Of a DNA stretch of 64,000 nt, positions 1-64,000 are shown piece by piece (within the stretch, counting starts at the first letter, position 1; each line of letters begins with the position of its first letter). The stretch lies in assembly GCF_001194135.2 (NCBI RefSeq), contig NC_068982.1, positions 115,718,885-115,782,884 on the forward strand. Direction: 5' to 3'. This DNA is from Octopus bimaculoides. Taxonomy: Eukaryota. Below the pieces are notes generated by a model. It had not been told where the DNA came from and searched no databases. It saw only the letters and a program-made list of their open reading frames with translations. Made by a program: the position numbers and the translations under genes.

Positions 1-70
1 TATATATATATATATATATATACATACACACATATATATATGTCTATGTAATTGTGTGTATGTGTGTGTA

Positions 71-109
<39 letters not shown>

Positions 110-173
110 CACTATCCGTATCACGTCCTCACTTTGTTGTTTTTTGTTATTGTTTTTTGTGTTTTTTTGAACT

Positions 174-207
<34 letters not shown>

Positions 208-1818
208 AAATGAAAATACAGATTGTGTACAGGACATCACCAATGAGTAAAAAATATGTAAACACACGAAAGAAAAGTACAGGACAAAATACCAAAAGAA
301 GATAACTTCTCATCAGTTGTCAGACTGTGTATTACTCCTATTTCATGCTTTTAACAACAATATAGGGAACTTCATAAGACAGCAGCATCCAGAAATTTTA
401 AAAGTATAAAATTAATGGAGAGTTAGAGCTTCAAACGAACAAACAATGACAGAGTGGACGTACAGAGTAAACAATCAACGAAGACAAGCATTAAGGGCTG
501 TTGGGCCAAGATGAATTGTAATGAGTAACGTCGGGGAGAAATTTTTTCAGGGAAATAGAATAATTAGAAGAGAAGAAAACAGTAGAAGAAAAATGTTGGG
601 AGCTGAGAAAAATGACATCCAACCTAGAGAGTGTCTAGTCCAGAAAAGATAGGGGCAAGAGAAATGGTCAGTAGTCTTGTGTGAGTAACAGAGGCAGAGG
701 AGAAGGGGGACAAGAGAAAGGATGAGGGAAAGAAGCAAAAGGAGTGAGGGGAAGAGGGAAGGAACGACAGATAGTAGAGAGTGGAAGAAAGACAGATAGG
801 GGAAGCAAAGAAAGTTATAGTGGGATAGAGAGAAAGAAAGAAAACAGTGTGTAGTTGCATATATATAAACACACACACATACATACATATCTAATACATA
901 TCCTCATCATAATCATCATCTAATGTTCAGGTTTCATGCTGGTATTAGTTGGGCAGTTTCACAAGATGTGACGGGTCCAAAAACAAGACTACATAATGCT
1001 CCAGTGTCTGCCTGGGCATGATTTCTATAGCTGGATGCCTTTCCTAATACCAACCACTTTATTGCATGTATTGGGTGCTTTTTTACATGGCACCAGCACT
1101 AGTGAGGTCACCATGCAACCTGCAAGACTAAGATTCCCTTTGATTCAGTGGGGCTATAGTAGAGAGGGAGGTGGCTCGATGTTTTGGGTTGAGGGATTAG
1201 AGTGTGAGAGAAGAGGCCAGAACAGAACAGATTGCTTGCTGTGGAGGAGCTACATGACAACTGACATTATTGAAGAGAGGGTGTGAGTGGCCAGTGTGGA
1301 ACTAGCAAGAGATAAACAGTGATGATGAGGTATCAGGGTGTACCTTCAAGATATGAAGTGAGTAGAAATGAGTGGGAACATAAGAGCAGGAAGTGTAGGT
1401 GGGTAGAGGTCACAAGAGTGTATGGGAGAGGGAGAAATGCTTAAAGATAGGTTAAAGATATTTGTGTTTGTGTTTGCCCCTCCACTGTTGCCCCCCCCCC
1501 CACTGTTGCTGGTGTGTTTATGTCACTATAACTTTGCGATTCAGCAAAAGAGACTGATAGAATAAGTACTAGGTTTATAAAGAATAAGTTCTGGGCTTGA
1601 TTTCTTCGACTAAAACCCTTTAAGGTGTTGCTCCAGCATGACCACAGTCAAATGACTGAAGCAAGTAAAAGAATAAAAGAAAGAATAGTTTATAGATAAC
1701 ATTGTATAACCGATAACATATACAAAATATTATTATTGTTGTTTATCTCTCTCTTGCATTCTGTTTCTCTCTCTATATATGTGTGTATGTGTGTGTGCAT
1801 GCATTTATATGTTTATAT

Positions 1819-2083
1819 GTAGGGTGCTGAAAAGTCCCTCGCTTTAAGGGTACCATGAAAGCCTTGGGTATCGTGAAATATCTCACTCCAATTTGGCAGT
1901 GATTGCTGCTACAGAGGCCTTGTAGGAGGCCCTGCCTTCTGAGTTCTTTTAACAGGGCTTAGAAAAACTGAAAGACTACTGCAATAAGTGTGTGAATCTG
2001 AGAGGGAATATGTTGAATAAAATCCTAATTAACTGATCCTCCTGTATCTTTTTTACCCAAAGCCAGGTACTTTTCTGCACTCC

Positions 2084-2087
<4 letters not shown>
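1819..2087 (+). mobile_element. Internally deleted mariner (MITE-like)
   Basis: Imperfect TIRs agggtgctgaaaagtccctcgcttt / aaagccaggtacttttctgcactccctca+TA; residual transposase C-terminus QGLEKLKDYCNKCVNLRG-EYVE*. Confidence 0.7.
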
Positions 2088-2131
<44 letters not shown>

Positions 2132-2473
2132 TATATGTATGTATATGTATACGTATATATGTAGATATATAATGTTTGTTTTTTCCTTTTTTTACAATGC
2201 AACCCATGCACACATACACACTCTCACTCATATGTACACACATATATGCATATTCACTGTCACAAATACATCATGGACTGAAATACTTATACATCCATAC
2301 ATTAAATACACACATACATACATACATGCATACATACACACATATATACACATACATACATATATATAAATACATATATTTATATATGTATGTATCTATA
2401 CATTTCTACACACTTACACACAAATACTTACGCATACACATACATGCATGCATACAAATCTATGTGCATTCAG

Positions 2474-61688
<59,215 letters not shown>

Positions 61689-61894
61689 GTAAGTCCTATG
61701 CTTTCGGCGCAACAATAACTGAAACAGATTTTTGATACAGTATCAGGAATTTTGATACAATATCATTCAGGAGAGAAAGAATATGCATGCATATATATAT
61801 ATTCAGCTATACAGACATATATATATATGTGAGTGTGTGTGCACGTGTGCGCGCGCGCATGTATGTATATATATACATATATATATATACACAC

Positions 61895-62109
61895 CATGAC
61901 CCAGACTTCATGAAGACTATCATCACTAGTGATGAGACATGAGTTTATAGTCTCTGTTTGATTTGTTCACTCATCTTATGTGAAAGCGAAAATCCAACAA
62001 GCATGCACTACATGGTTGTACTTTAGACATAACAGCCAGGAGCTGATGCAGCCTACCAGAGCAAAAATTTGGACAGGAAAAATTAAAGTCAGATAGTTAT
62101 TGAATGCAC

Positions 62110-62113
<4 letters not shown>
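61895..62113 (+). mobile_element. Partial copy of the deleted mariner at 62.5 kb
   Basis: DPDFMKTIITSDET*VY followed directly by the 3' terminal sequence ending gaatgcacctca+TA. Confidence 0.72.
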
Positions 62114-62158
<45 letters not shown>

Positions 62159-62312
62159 ATGTGTTTGTGCATACTGCATGTGTCATCATTATCATCATTA
62201 TCATCATCCTCATCATTTAACATTCGTTGTCCATGCCATCCAACCCATGCCTGCATGGACAATGGACATTAAATGTTGATGATGATGATGATAATGATAC
62301 ATGTAGTATGCT

Positions 62313-62350
<38 letters not shown>

Positions 62351-62477
62351 TATGAGGTGTGTTCAAAAACTATCCAACTTTAATTTTTCCTGTCCAAACT
62401 AATTCCATGAGCACAAAATCCTTTGGGTGGAAGGTGATGTCACCCTTCTTGNNNNNNNNNNNNNNNNNNNNNNNNNN

Positions 62478-62526
<49 letters not shown>

Positions 62527-62528
62527 TA

Positions 62529-63442
62529 TGAGGTGTGTTCAAAAACTATCCAACTTTAATTTTTCCTGTCCAAACTAATTCCATGAGCACAAAATCCTTT
62601 GGGTGGAAGGTGATGTCACCCTTCTTGCATATGCATGTAAATTTTTGCTCTGGTAGGCTGCGTCAATTCTTGGCTGTTACGCCTAGAGTACAGGCATGTA
62701 GTGTATGCTTGTTGGATTTTCGTTTTCACATTAGATGAGTGAACATGTCAAGCAGAGACCATAAAGCCATCTCTCATTACTAATGATAATAGTCATCATG
62801 AAGTCTGGGTCATAGTTTGCATAGTCCAGCAAGTCCTGAGCGATTTCCAAGCAGAGCTGCTTCTACTGCTATCCTAGAACCTTGGGAATGCATTTTGCCA
62901 ACACCTTCTGCATTCACAAATCATCATTAAAATAGAATGCACTGATCTTGTTTTTATTCCCACTTTGCGAGCAATTTTCTGGGTTGTTACATGATGGTCT
63001 TCCATGAATATTTACTGAATGTTCCCAACCAGTTCCTCGTTTTGGCTTGTGGTTGACCTGCCTGAGCATGCCTCACTCTCTACTGAGGTGCAGCCATGTT
63101 TGAAATGATTGTACCACTCCTTGATCTGAGTCTTGCCCATGGCATCATTGCCAAAAGCCTGTCAAATCTTTTGGATGGTTTGAGCTTGAGTATCATGAAG
63201 CTTTTAGCAAAACTTGATGCAATATCTCAGCTCAATGTGTTCTGTAGAAATGAAAATCTGATGAGTGTGCACTACATGCCTGTACTCTAAGGCATAACAA
63301 TCCAGAACTGATGCAACCTATTGGTACAAAAATTTTCAAGCATGTACAGGTAGGGTGTACGTTCCCACTCAAAGGATTTTGCTTATGTAGCATTAGTTTT
63401 GGTGGGCAAAAAAAAAGTCAAATACTTTTTGAACGCACCTCA
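62529..63442 (-). mobile_element. Internally deleted mariner with long (about 175 bp) terminal inverted repeats
   Basis: TA+tgaggtgtgttcaaaaac / tttttgaacgcacctca+TA; minus strand RYCIKFC...IKEWYNHFK...SGRS (HTH) and DPDFMMTIII; rest of the catalytic domain absent. Confidence 0.85.
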
Positions 63443-63492
63443 TATACATATGTGTGTGTGTATGAGTAAGTATGTGTGCGCATATAATATAC

Positions 63493-63523
<31 letters not shown>

Positions 63524-64000
63524 GGGGAGAGAGAGAAAGAGTGAATAAATGGCAGATTCCTGAACATTTGAATATAAATTCAATGCTACTGGATATGCAG
63601 TTTGATGCATTATCATGATGACTGCAATCATCAGGGTGTGGATGCAATCAATCATCATGATGTTCATCAATCTATGCATTGATACAGTTGAGAGTGTGAA
63701 TATCATTCTGTGCACCATTATCAAATGTTTGCACAATTATCTGTGGGTGCGTGATGGTCAAATGTTAGCAAAATTATCTATGAGTGTGTGATTATCCATG
63801 TTGCACAATTATCAGGGGATGTGCACTCATTGGTAGCCCATAAATATCAGTGGGTGTATGAATATCATGGGTGTGCAAATATAAGTGGGTGCGCAATAAT
63901 CAGTAAGTTCAGGATTACAGTAAATTTGATTACCAGTGTATTGGTATGTGCATGATTATCAGTCACTTCATGAATATAAATATGTGTATGGATATCAGTG

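Noticed and set aside
62318-62627. Apparent direct duplication of (CA)n plus the mariner left end
   Set aside because: The two identical copies sit on either side of a 26-N gap, the usual signature of unmerged overlapping contig ends; most likely an assembly artefact.

Overview
Eukaryotic, AT-rich, microsatellite-dense draft-assembly DNA with several N gaps. The repeat families (tRNA-derived and CORE SINEs, (CAT)n-tailed RTE-type repeats, mariner/maT transposons) point to a coleoid cephalopod, probably Octopus; this is inferred, not database-checked. The whole window is the 3' part of one large + strand non-classical cadherin gene. I spliced 29 GT-AG exons by hand (2474..61688; 4099 nt, about 1366 codons) and every junction is phase-compatible. 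The protein has 10 cadherin (EC) repeats (the first partial), a membrane-adjacent domain like that of the CDH23/PCDH15/Cad87A group, one TM helix and an unfinished cytoplasmic tail. Three frame-asymmetric mini/micro-exons (32, 16 and 13 nt) begin the tail. The gene starts before and ends after the window. Introns hold SINEs, RTE LINE fragments, mariner/maT/hAT elements and several long foldbacks. Best leads: (1) an intact type I hammerhead ribozyme with palindromic helix III, on the sense strand of intron 4, inside a Penelope/retrozyme-like inverted-repeat element (9814..10375); (2) a nested foldback element centred on head-to-head TTAGGG telomeric repeats (59103..59674); (3) the obligate micro-exon chain; (4) a predicted Ca2+-free EC hinge and a possible convertase loop in the cadherin. 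Almost all ORFs in the supplied track are microsatellite, N-gap or intron read-through artefacts.
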